Origin: an uncultured Candidatus Saccharibacteria bacterium
Lineage (GTDB): Bacteria > Patescibacteriota > Minisyncoccia > Phycocordibacterales > UBA9973
NCBI GenBank assembly: GCA_964475655.1
Contig: CAYYXE010000002.1
Coordinates: 1-63,778, forward strand
Length of the DNA stretch: 63,778 nt
Direction: 5' to 3'
Shown: positions 18,302 through 27,153 of the stretch, in pieces
Numbering within the stretch: position 1 is the stretch's first letter
Layout of the letters: each line of letters starts with the position of its first letter
Position numbers and translations under genes: made by a program
The notes under the pieces: model-generated
Database searches by the model: none
The model's input: the letters and a program-made list of their open reading frames with translations, nothing else
Told to the model about the DNA's origin: nothing

Positions 18302-20110
18302 ATGGGTCTCTTTGGATCAAAGCAAAAAACAGAAGAAAAGACGCTTCCAGTCCTTCCCTCTGAAGTACATGAGTGGGCAACTATGGAGCTCGCGGACAAG
18401 ATCGCGCCCTCTGCGATCGAGATCACTCCCAAATCACTTCGTATCGGCGACAAGATCGTGCGCACCTTCTTTGTGATCTCATACCCCCGCTACCTCACCG
18501 ACAACTGGTTTACCCCCATCATCAATCTCGACAAAATCTTTGATGTCGCGATCTATATCAACCCGATCGAAACCGCCGAACTCCTCAAGCACTTCCAAAA
18601 GAAGATTGCGGAGGTTGAAAGCCAGATCATTGTCCGCCAACAGAAGGGACTTGTCCGCGATCCCATGCTCGACACTGCCTTCCAAGATCTCGAGGAGCTC
18701 CGCGACAACCTCACCCAGGCACAAGAAAAGATGTTTGATATCGGCTTTTATATCTCGATCTATGCCGACAGTGACCAAGAGCTCTTCAGGACCGAAAGCG
18801 AGATCAAAAGCATGCTCGAAGGCAAAATGATCTACATCAAACCGACCCTCTTTCAGGAAGAAGATGGGTTTAAGACGGTCGTCCCCCTTGGTACTGACAA
18901 GCTCAGCATCACTCAAAAGCTCAACTCCGAACCCATCTCGAGCATGTTCCCCTTTGTATCATTTGATCTCACCGGAGACGAGGGGATACTCTATGGGGTC
19001 AACCGCCACAACTCATCCCTCGTTATCTTTGATCGCTTTTCGCTCGAAAACTACAACTCCATCATCTTTGCAAAGTCCGGTGCGGGTAAGTCGTACGCGA
19101 CCAAACTTGAGATCATTCGCACGCTCATGTTTGATACTGACGTGATCGTCATCGACCCAGAGCGCGAGTACGAGTACTTGGCAGAGGCAGTAGGGGGGCG
19201 ATATTTCAATATTTCACTCTCATCTGACAACCACATCAACCCGTTTGACCTGCCGATCCCACGCGTCGACGAATCCCCTGCGGATGTGCTGCGCAGCAAC
19301 ATCATCAATCTCGTAGGGCTCTTTCGTATTATGCTTGGCGGCCTCACCCCCGAAGAAGACTCGATTATTGATCGCGCGATCACCGAGACCTACTCACTCA
19401 AAGACATCACTGCAGAGAGCGACTTCACCTCAATCGAGCCGCCACTTCTCTCAGACTTTGAAATGGTGCTCGGCGGCATGGAGGGGACTGAGAGTATCTT
19501 GCAGCGCCTGACCAAATACACACACGGCTCGTGGGCAAACTTCATCAACCAGCCGACAAACGTCGACATCAACAAAAAGTTTATTGTGTTCTCGGTACGC
19601 GACATGGAAGATGACCTCAAACCTGCTGCGATGTACATCGTCACACATTTCATTTGGAATGCCGTGCGCAAAGAGCTCAAAAAGCGTCTGCTCGTCGTGG
19701 ATGAGGCATGGTGGATGATGAAAAGTGACGACACTGCAAGTTTCCTGTATTCAATTGCAAAACGAGGCCGTAAGTACTACCTCGGTCTCTGTACAATCAC
19801 CCAAGACGTGGGAGACTTTATGAAGAGCCCGTACGGTGTCCCGATCGTCACCAACTCCTCGATCCAGCTCCTGCTCAAGCAATCCCCAAGCACCATCGAT
19901 GTGCTCCAAAAGACGTTCAACCTCACCGATGAAGAAAAGTTTCTCCTGCTCGAAAGCGGCGTAGGGGAAGGGATTTTCTTTGCAGGACTCAAGCATGTCG
20001 CGATCAAGATCATTGCCTCATACACCGAAGATCAGATCATCACCAGTGACCCATCCCAAGTCATCTCGATCCGCAATGCAAAGAAGGAGTTTAGTGAACA
20101 GCGTACGTAG
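18302..20110 (+). CDS. VirB4/TraE/TcpF-family type IV secretion ATPase
   Basis: 602 aa with Walker A FAKSGAGKSYATK, Walker B LLVVDEAWWMM (DEAW) and a conserved upstream segment RTFFVISYPRYL. Confidence 0.85.
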   Translation: MGLFGSKQKTEEKTLPVLPSEVHEWATMELADKIAPSAIEITPKSLRIGDKIVRTFFVISYPRYLTDNWFTPIINLDKIFDVAIYINPIETAELLKHFQKKIAEVESQIIVRQQKGLVRDPMLDTAFQDLEELRDNLTQAQEKMFDIGFYISIYADSDQELFRTESEIKSMLEGKMIYIKPTLFQEEDGFKTVVPLGTDKLSITQKLNSEPISSMFPFVSFDLTGDEGILYGVNRHNSSLVIFDRFSLENYNSIIFAKSGAGKSYATKLEIIRTLMFDTDVIVIDPEREYEYLAEAVGGRYFNISLSSDNHINPFDLPIPRVDESPADVLRSNIINLVGLFRIMLGGLTPEEDSIIDRAITETYSLKDITAESDFTSIEPPLLSDFEMVLGGMEGTESILQRLTKYTHGSWANFINQPTNVDINKKFIVFSVRDMEDDLKPAAMYIVTHFIWNAVRKELKKRLLVVDEAWWMMKSDDTASFLYSIAKRGRKYYLGLCTITQDVGDFMKSPYGVPIVTNSSIQLLLKQSPSTIDVLQKTFNLTDEEKFLLLESGVGEGIFFAGLKHVAIKIIASYTEDQIITSDPSQVISIRNAKKEFSEQRT

Positions 20111-20165
20111 GTGCTGTTGCGCTTGGCCACGACCTTGTGCCATCTATGCGTGATATACTTTTGCT

Positions 20166-21095
20166 ATGAAATATCTGCTCGCGCTCATTGGCACATTTGT
20201 CTTTACTGCAATGGTTGCGTCAGCGCAGACCGGAAGCGTCGACCTTGCACTCCAATCAATCCCGCTCAATCCGCAGCCTGGAGAAACTGTCACGATCACC
20301 GCATCAAGTTATGGCACCGATCTTTCACAGACAACACTTTCGTGGAACTATAATGGATCTTCTGTTGGACAAGGTGTTGGCAAAACATCTATCCAAGTAG
20401 TGGCCCCAAAGGCGGGCACTACCGGAATCATTACTGTCACTACGATTGACGGCGGGACCGCAAGTACCATACTGCGCCCAGGAACCATGGACTTGCTGTG
20501 GGAGGCAGCAGATGCCTATACACCGCCGTTTTATAAAGGGAAGGCACTTCTGCCTCTTGGGGGATTGATTCGTCTGACTGCTGTATCCTCTACAAATACT
20601 CCTCGTGGCATCAGCTTTGATTGGGAGCGCAATACTTCAGCGATGCAGGAAGCGTCTGGGTTTGGCAAATCAAGTACGACATTTCGGTACAACCCACTCA
20701 ATGCATCAGAACAAGTGTCTGTTACTGCTACCTCTGGCAACTTTCAAGCAACTGCCTCGCTTCGTCTAGGCGCGTATGTCCCCCTTGCTCTCGCATATCG
20801 CAACAACGACGGCTTTATCGACTATGCGCACGGCTATACTACAACAATACCTATCACTACTACAGGTGCAGTGCTTCACTTCGAACCATACTACTTCTCA
20901 GTACCTTCAACCATCGCCAAAGATCTCTCAGTAGGTATGGTGGTAAACAAGCAACCAATACTCACTGCAGTACCCAATGAAATAGCGCTCTCTCGTCCAG
21001 AAAACGGGGTACAAAGTACGCTCGAACTCGCCATTACTACCGTCGCCTACAGCTTGCAACATCTGACCAAAACCTTTACGCTTCTATTCAACTAG
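20166..21095 (+). CDS. secreted beta-rich protein, hypothetical
   Basis: 309 aa with signal peptide LIGTFVFTAMVASA and an Ig-like-looking repetitive beta composition. Confidence 0.5.
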   Translation: MKYLLALIGTFVFTAMVASAQTGSVDLALQSIPLNPQPGETVTITASSYGTDLSQTTLSWNYNGSSVGQGVGKTSIQVVAPKAGTTGIITVTTIDGGTASTILRPGTMDLLWEAADAYTPPFYKGKALLPLGGLIRLTAVSSTNTPRGISFDWERNTSAMQEASGFGKSSTTFRYNPLNASEQVSVTATSGNFQATASLRLGAYVPLALAYRNNDGFIDYAHGYTTTIPITTTGAVLHFEPYYFSVPSTIAKDLSVGMVVNKQPILTAVPNEIALSRPENGVQSTLELAITTVAYSLQHLTKTFTLLFN

Positions 21096-21096
21096 T

Positions 21097-22584
21097 ATGA
21101 AATATTTTATTGCAGCAATATCCATTCTCTGTATCTTGTGTTTTCCTTTGACAACAAGTGCGCAGAGAGGTACTAGCGTCGATCCACTTCCCACCGCAAC
21201 GGTATCCGACTTTGCAGTCAAACCAGTATCTGATCGGGAGGTATCCATTAGTGGAAAAATCACGACAACCAACATCGAGATTAATCTCTTACGGGTTACC
21301 TTTCTGTGGTCGCAGACAAAAAACGGAGATACTAATGATCCTGGAGACCCTCAACAAATCTACACAGGCGCAGGAGGACAAGCTGCAATTGCAGTGGATG
21401 GGGCGTACAGTTTAAAACTCAGCGGCCTTACACCCAATACAAAGTATTATTTCAAACAGATCGTTACTTTTACGAACGGTAATCCACTTGACACCCAGAG
21501 TGGCACTTTCAATACTGACAAGGGCTACATTATACCGGGCTCTGTAGGGGAGCAGCTCGACTTCAATTCCCGAAGCTACCACTTGCTCGCACCACTCCCC
21601 GGACTTTCAGTACTCATGGATCCAGATCTCTGTGCCGAAAAGAAGGCAAAGGGCGAGGTGCCCGCAAATGCAATTTGTGACGTCAACGGCTTTCTCGACT
21701 TTGCATTTAAGCTCATGATCGGCCTTGCTGCAGTAATTTTGGTAATCCGCCTCATGATTGAGGGGTACAAGATCCTTACCACTGACGTGCCGTTCATTGC
21801 AGCCAGCGCAAAAGGTAATTTCTTTAGTGCACTCCTCGGACTCCTCCTTGCTCTCTCGGCATACCTCATTCTCAATACGATCAATCCGAAGTTGGTGAAT
21901 AATAAGATAACTATTGATAGTGTGAATGTTGGGGTTGAGGAATTTAAATTCTCAGATGTTAACCAAGCATATACTGTAAGAAACGGTGTTCGAGTAAAAA
22001 TTAATTCAATAAAGATGAAGGAGGTACTTCCATATGCAGAAAAAGCAGAAACTGCATCTGGAGTTAAAAAAGAAAATATTCTTGCAATTCTTGCTATCGA
22101 AACAAATCTTGGTACAAAACAAGGTGCATGTTATTGGGACGATACTGGTGTGATGCCACCAGAACCTGGCCGGAACGCAGATAGAGATGACAAGACTATC
22201 TATAAAGGAATTATTTCTGATCTCAAAATAGGTCTTCGGGACCATAAGGTTTCTTGTGCACTTTCTAATAGTACATGGGGTGGTGGAATGGGACCTTCAC
22301 AGCATATTCCTACCTATTGGAAACAATTTGCTCCGAAGATAACCGCCATAACAGGAAGACCTGCCGACCCGTGGGATCTACAAGATGCAGTTTATGCACT
22401 GGCGTTTCATATGGCAGCAGACGGAGCGGTAAACGATCCGGAAAATGCTGCATGCAAGTACTACAGTGGACATGCTTGTGGAACACGGTCGCGCGATTTT
22501 GGTAAATATGGAAATCTCGATTACAGAGATAAATTTAGAAATGCTGTTGTATCTGTAAAAGCAGAGCTCACAAAAATTAAATAA
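21097..22584 (+). CDS. tri-modular protein: secreted beta domain + T4SS-pilin-like two-TM segment + MltB/SLT_2-like lytic transglycosylase
   Basis: Signal peptide and an FN3-like N-terminal domain. The central segment LAPLPGL...CDVNGFLDFAFKLMIGLAAVILVI...FFSALLGLLLALSAYLILNTINPKL is pilin-like. The C-terminus has ILAIETNLG (catalytic Glu context) and GPSQHIPTYW (G.xQF.P.tW-like). Confidence 0.55.
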   Translation: MKYFIAAISILCILCFPLTTSAQRGTSVDPLPTATVSDFAVKPVSDREVSISGKITTTNIEINLLRVTFLWSQTKNGDTNDPGDPQQIYTGAGGQAAIAVDGAYSLKLSGLTPNTKYYFKQIVTFTNGNPLDTQSGTFNTDKGYIIPGSVGEQLDFNSRSYHLLAPLPGLSVLMDPDLCAEKKAKGEVPANAICDVNGFLDFAFKLMIGLAAVILVIRLMIEGYKILTTDVPFIAASAKGNFFSALLGLLLALSAYLILNTINPKLVNNKITIDSVNVGVEEFKFSDVNQAYTVRNGVRVKINSIKMKEVLPYAEKAETASGVKKENILAILAIETNLGTKQGACYWDDTGVMPPEPGRNADRDDKTIYKGIISDLKIGLRDHKVSCALSNSTWGGGMGPSQHIPTYWKQFAPKITAITGRPADPWDLQDAVYALAFHMAADGAVNDPENAACKYYSGHACGTRSRDFGKYGNLDYRDKFRNAVVSVKAELTKIK

Positions 22585-22605
22585 TATCTGTAGTACAATA
22601 CATCC

Positions 22606-23898
22606 ATGCGAAAGGTTCTCATTATTGTACTTATCGTCATCATTGCAGCTGCCGGCGGCTGGTACTGGTATGCCCGGTCTCACCAAACTGCGCCGGGCGT
22701 GCCGGCAATCACTGACTTTAGTGCATTCTTCCCTGTTGGGGAAACGGGCGATCCTACACTTCTTGATGGATTGCTTCAGGGGACACCACCTGATCCGACC
22801 AACACACCCACGACCACTCCTTCACCCTTTCGGCAGCTCAGTCCTCACCCTGTCGCAGGCTTCGTATCCTATATGAAGCCGCTTGTGACGACTGTTGTAG
22901 ATCCGACCAAACCCCAGCCCAAGGCTGGTCAGCCTCGGGCTGACAAAGCAAAACCAGTCACGACTACAACACAAGTGCACACGATTCGGTATATATCTCG
23001 CGCGACTGGGTATGTGTATGAGATCACCGATGGCGACGTACCGCTGCAAATCTCCAATGTCTACATCCCCAATATATACGAGGCACTTTTTGGGGAAGGG
23101 ATGAACACGGCACTCCTTCGATTTCTCAGACCAGACCAGCGCACGATTGCAACCTACAGCGTCCCCATTCCACCCCCCAACACCGACGGTACTCGCACAC
23201 AACGCGAGGGCACGTACTTTCCCGATACTATCCTCCAGACTGTACTGTCTCCCGACAACAAACAAGTCGCCTATCTTACAACTGGCACCAGTGGGGCAAC
23301 GATTACTCTCTCATCACTTACCAACACCAAAAAGACTGCACTTATCACGACACCGTTTCGCGAATGGCTTCTCTCGTGGCCGAGCACAAAGAGTCTCTAT
23401 GTCCAGACCAAGCCCAGCGCGCAAGTGCTTGGATTTCTCTACCGCATCGATACAGGCGAAAAGAAGCTTCGCCGCGTCCTCGGAGATATCAATGGCCTTA
23501 CTACCTCGGTGAGCCCGTCTGGCACCTATGTGCTGTATTCGCAGCATAGCGATGGAGGATTTGTGACACGCCTGCTCAACACCAAGACGGGCACTACACG
23601 ATCTCTCACACTCGCCATCCTTCCAGAGAAATGCACCTGGCTTGCAAACGAAGACCTCATCTGTGCAGGGAACACCTCTGTGGCAGAGCGCGCGGAGTAC
23701 CCCGATGCGTGGTACCAGGGGAGCGTGGCATTTAGCGACCAGCTCTACCGCATCGCGACCGCATCCCTTGTATACGAGACACTCTATGACAACAGCGCAA
23801 AGTCGTTTGATATGACCAATCTGCAGGTGGATGAAGCAACTCGCATCGTCTACTTCATCGACAAATCGACTGGCCTTCTGTGGCAGATGTCATACTAA
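22606..23898 (+). CDS. membrane-anchored protein with a TolB-like beta-propeller character, hypothetical
   Basis: 430 aa with an N-terminal TM, a Pro/Thr linker, then repeated 'S.DG..v.y' style blades (SPDNKQVAYL, SPSGTYVLYS). Confidence 0.45.
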   Translation: MRKVLIIVLIVIIAAAGGWYWYARSHQTAPGVPAITDFSAFFPVGETGDPTLLDGLLQGTPPDPTNTPTTTPSPFRQLSPHPVAGFVSYMKPLVTTVVDPTKPQPKAGQPRADKAKPVTTTTQVHTIRYISRATGYVYEITDGDVPLQISNVYIPNIYEALFGEGMNTALLRFLRPDQRTIATYSVPIPPPNTDGTRTQREGTYFPDTILQTVLSPDNKQVAYLTTGTSGATITLSSLTNTKKTALITTPFREWLLSWPSTKSLYVQTKPSAQVLGFLYRIDTGEKKLRRVLGDINGLTTSVSPSGTYVLYSQHSDGGFVTRLLNTKTGTTRSLTLAILPEKCTWLANEDLICAGNTSVAERAEYPDAWYQGSVAFSDQLYRIATASLVYETLYDNSAKSFDMTNLQVDEATRIVYFIDKSTGLLWQMSY

Positions 23899-23907
23899 TT
23901 GTTCAAT

Positions 23908-23936
23908 AAAAAATCGCACTTCTCTGTGCGATTTTT
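23908..23936. terminator. bidirectional intrinsic terminator between convergent genes
   Basis: Stem aatcgcac / gtgcgatt, with an A-run on the left and a T-run on the right. Confidence 0.65.
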
Positions 23937-23943
23937 GTTTTCC

Positions 23944-24651
23944 CTAACTAGCCTTTACTATCTGCCTCCTAAAGTACAGCTCCTGAAGGATTGAGAACGT
24001 ATTTGCCACTACCCAGTACAGTGCAACTGCGGCGACGAGCTTGCTTGCCACAAAGATAATGATCAGTGGCAGTACGTAGCGCGTCTGCACATGCATACTC
24101 TTGGCAAACTGCTCTTGAAATCCTGGTTTGCCAGTCGTAGCACTTGTTGGTTTGGGCATGAGGAAGGCCTGGATCGACTGTGTGATGCCCGCAAGGATCG
24201 CAAGGGGGAGATACGGCTTGGTGATATCGATCAGTCCGAGAAGAGTCTCTTTGAGGCCGTCGGTCGAGAGGGCTCCATATAGGTGCTCTGGCTGAAAGAT
24301 GCCCTTCATAAAGACAAAGTACAGCGCAAAGAGGATGGGGAGCTGGATGAGGAGGTAGAGGCAACCCGAGAAAGGATTGATACCTTCGGCTTTGTAGAGC
24401 GCAAAAGTCTCGCGGGCTTCTTCTTCCTTAGAGAGCCCTTTGGCCTTGATTGCGGCGAGTTTTGGCTCGAGCATGCGCGTCTTGTACTGGCTCATGATGC
24501 TCTTTTTGGAAAGTGGCATGAGGATAAAGCGGATAAGGATAGTCACTACGATCACCGCCAGCCCGACATCCTGCATTGTTACGTGCTGTGCCGTCCAGAT
24601 AAGGACATTGTAAATGGGGTTGTAGATCAGGTTGGTCCAAAGGGTATGCAT
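23944..24651 (-). CDS. yidC: membrane protein insertase YidC (short form)
   Basis: 235 aa polytopic protein. PIYNVL...LAVIVVTILIRFILMPL, KMLEPKL..IK and GINPFSGCLYLLIQLPILFALY are typical of the YidC/Oxa1 core. Confidence 0.9.
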   Translation of the reverse strand: MHTLWTNLIYNPIYNVLIWTAQHVTMQDVGLAVIVVTILIRFILMPLSKKSIMSQYKTRMLEPKLAAIKAKGLSKEEEARETFALYKAEGINPFSGCLYLLIQLPILFALYFVFMKGIFQPEHLYGALSTDGLKETLLGLIDITKPYLPLAILAGITQSIQAFLMPKPTSATTGKPGFQEQFAKSMHVQTRYVLPLIIIFVASKLVAAVALYWVVANTFSILQELYFRRQIVKAS

Positions 24652-24687
24652 GGTGTGTATTGTACTTGTTGAATAAAAAATCGCAAT

Positions 24688-25002
24688 TTATGGTACATCC
24701 ACCCCCGGCTCATTTCCTGGATGACAGCGACCTATACGAGTCGCTGTTTTCTTTACAGCTTTGAAAAATGAATATTTTTTGAAGCATTCGATGCCATACT
24801 CGGAACACGTCGGATAAAAGATACAGCTGGGGCGTGGATAAAAGGGGAGGTAGTGCAGTATCCCTACACTTGGCGAGAACGTGAGTCTGTAGAGGCGTAT
24901 GGCTCCAATGGTGAGCTTATTTGGAAGGCTGCACACTCGTCTTAGAAGCCTTTGCCAAAAGGTCGAGGGTGAGGGATTTGACTTCGTCGTGGGAGAATCC
25001 AT
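24688..25002 (-). CDS. yidD: membrane protein insertion efficiency factor YidD (start uncertain)
   Basis: IRLYRLTFSP...CIFYPTCSEYGIECFKKY...RIGRCHP is the YidD signature. Its 5' end overlaps the rnpA 3' end in another frame. Confidence 0.8.
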   Translation of the reverse strand: MDSPTTKSNPSPSTFWQRLLRRVCSLPNKLTIGAIRLYRLTFSPSVGILHYLPFYPRPSCIFYPTCSEYGIECFKKYSFFKAVKKTATRIGRCHPGNEPGVDVP

Positions 25003-25258
25003 AGCTTTGCTTTGCTGCATACACTATACCTTGTATGAGGGGCTTTGATGAAGAAACAGCTGTATAGATACGGCGGCGAAGCTTGTTGCGATCTACTGCC
25101 TTCTTGGCAGCCTTGCTGCTCGTCACTACAGAGAGCTGGGTAGAGGGAGAAGGGAGGTATTTGAGCGTCCCAAGACGGTTGAAAACGACCGATATCCCTT
25201 TATGTGCAAGGAAATCTGAGAATTGTGACCGAGAAAACCGCGCCTTGGACGGTAGCAT
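24917..25258 (-). CDS. rnpA: ribonuclease P protein component
   Basis: Small basic protein directly downstream of rpmH, with AVDRNKLRRRIY (the RNR-like motif). Confidence 0.8.
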   Translation of the reverse strand: MLPSKARFSRSQFSDFLAHKGISVVFNRLGTLKYLPSPSTQLSVVTSSKAAKKAVDRNKLRRRIYTAVSSSKPLIQGIVYAAKQSYGFSHDEVKSLTLDLLAKASKTSVQPSK

Positions 25259-25272
25259 GAGGGGAGTATAGC

Positions 25273-25407
25273 TTATACCGCGATCTTTGCGCGACCTTTG
25301 TGGCGACGAGCTTTGAGGACCTTGCGGCCAGAGGCAGATGCGCTTCGGACCAAAAATCCGTGTGACTTTGCGCGCTTTCGGTTGTTGGGCTGGTAGGTGA
25401 CTGACAT
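25273..25407 (-). CDS. rpmH: 50S ribosomal protein L34
   Basis: [44 protein letters not shown] (44 aa). Confidence 0.9.
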   Translation of the reverse strand: MSVTYQPNNRKRAKSHGFLVRSASASGRKVLKARRHKGRAKIAV

Positions 25408-25466
25408 ATGTGGGCACACTATACACAAAAGTAGGGGTTTTATCAAGTGACTCCTCCCAATCTTCA

Positions 25467-25527
25467 CAAATTCGAACATATCCGCCCTGCGCGTCTTGGG
25501 CTGCGCCCTTCGGACAGGTGCTCGGTC
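25467..25527. repeat. left arm of a ~60-bp imperfect inverted repeat in the rpmH-dnaA spacer
   Basis: Its reverse complement begins GACCGAGCACCT and contains ACGCGCAGGGCG, both also present in 25632..25692. Confidence 0.8.
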
Positions 25528-25631
25528 AAATATATTCGATTTGCTCGATTGGGGATCGGTCAAGCAAAATGCCCCTATTTAGACTACATATATACAGCAC
25601 TTGTGTTCGATCGAGAAAACTGAGTACATGC

Positions 25632-25692
25632 GACCGAGCACCTTTCGGAGGCCTTTGGCCGAAACGCGCAGGGCGTATGTGCTCAAGTTTTT
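25632..25692. repeat. right arm of a ~60-bp imperfect inverted repeat in the rpmH-dnaA spacer
   Basis: GACCGAGCACCT...ACGCGCAGGGCG...GTGCTCAAGTTTTT. The internal hairpin differs from the left arm but is retained. Confidence 0.8.
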
Positions 25693-25734
25693 GAGAATCG
25701 AACACCCTTGCTCATATAGATACGATATCTGCTA

Positions 25735-25785
25735 TAATCCACACAATTCACATCTTTTCCCCATTTTCACAGACGCTGTGGATAT
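25735..25785. promoter_or_regulatory. two DnaA-box-like 9-mers upstream of dnaA
   Basis: TAATCCACA (25735..25743) and TGTGGATAT (25777..25785, reverse orientation), just upstream of the dnaA start. Confidence 0.5.
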
Positions 25786-25806
25786 GCGGTATGATGAGTG
25801 ATATTT

Positions 25807-27153
25807 ATGGATGAATCTCTCGTACAACTTTGGAACACCTGCTTGGGAGAAATAGAGTCTCAGGTGACCAGTGCGCAGTTTGCGACCTGGTTTAAACAAA
25901 CCGGTCTATCCAAAGAAGAAGAGGGGATTATCTTTATCAGCGTCCCGAGCGAGTTTGTCCGCGAGTGGATGATCAGTAAGTATCACAAGCTTATCTTGAA
26001 GACGATCGTCGATCACGCCCCTCATGTGCGCGGCATCGAGTTTATCATTGGAGCACCTACGGTCGAGAAGCAGAGTTCCAAACCTACCCCCATCACCACT
26101 TCCCAAGAACTCCCCCTTACCAATGTCCTTATCAACCGCGACGACAACCTCAACCCTCGCTATACCTTTAATAGCTTCATCGTGGGGCCGTTCAACGAGC
26201 TTGCCTATGCTGCAGCACAGGTGGTCGTAAAGAACCCGCAGCACGCCTACAACCCACTCTTTTTCTACAGTCCGAGCGGTCTCGGCAAGACACACTTGAC
26301 GCAAGCTATTGGTAATGAAATAAAGCGCCTCTTTCCTGAGAAGAAGATCTTGTATGTAACTGCAGAGAAGTTTAGTAATGAGTATGTCGCTTCAGTACTC
26401 AACAATAAGTCTATGCATTTTCGTGACAAGTATCGTAAATTTGATGTACTTATTATGGATGATATTCAATTCATCTCAGGTAAAGAACAGACCCAAAACG
26501 AACTCTTTCATATCTTCAACACCCTCTACGAGCAAGGCAAAAATATAATCTTTTCAAGTGATAAGCATCCCAACCACATCATCGGACTCGAAGATCGCCT
26601 CAAGACTCGTTTTAATGCTGGTATGACGATCGACATCCAAGAGCCCGACCTTGAGTCTCGTCTTGCCCTTGTCCGAGAAAAGAGTAATCACCTCATACAA
26701 CCACTCGATCCGGAGGTTGTCTCATATATTGCTTCCTCAGTATCTGGTAGTATCCGTGAGCTCGAAGGGGTACTCAATATCATCAACATGCATGCAGAAG
26801 TAAAGCAACGACCGGTCACCCTGACTGAAGTAAAGACACTAATCAAAAACAATGTAAAAACCAAGAAAATCATCTCAGTGGATACCGTCGTCAAGGCAAT
26901 ATCTGACTATTACAACCTTGATGAGCGAGTCATATACGAAAAGACTCGCCGTAAGGAGATCGTGCGTGCGCGCCAGGTGATTATGTTTATCCTTCGAGAA
27001 GACTTTAATGAATCATATCCCTCCATTGGAGCAAAGCTTGGCGGCAAAGACCATACCACCGTCATTCACTCATACGAAAAGATACACCAAGAGCTCAAAA
27101 GTGATCCTCAACTCATGAAGCAAGTCGAAGATATCCGCATCTTGTTTAAATGA
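25807..27153 (+). CDS. dnaA: chromosomal replication initiator DnaA
   Basis: Walker A SPSGLGKTHL, AAA+ core and a C-terminal DNA-binding domain (IGAKLGGKDHTTVIHSYEKI). Confidence 0.95.
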   Translation: MDESLVQLWNTCLGEIESQVTSAQFATWFKQTGLSKEEEGIIFISVPSEFVREWMISKYHKLILKTIVDHAPHVRGIEFIIGAPTVEKQSSKPTPITTSQELPLTNVLINRDDNLNPRYTFNSFIVGPFNELAYAAAQVVVKNPQHAYNPLFFYSPSGLGKTHLTQAIGNEIKRLFPEKKILYVTAEKFSNEYVASVLNNKSMHFRDKYRKFDVLIMDDIQFISGKEQTQNELFHIFNTLYEQGKNIIFSSDKHPNHIIGLEDRLKTRFNAGMTIDIQEPDLESRLALVREKSNHLIQPLDPEVVSYIASSVSGSIRELEGVLNIINMHAEVKQRPVTLTEVKTLIKNNVKTKKIISVDTVVKAISDYYNLDERVIYEKTRRKEIVRARQVIMFILREDFNESYPSIGAKLGGKDHTTVIHSYEKIHQELKSDPQLMKQVEDIRILFK

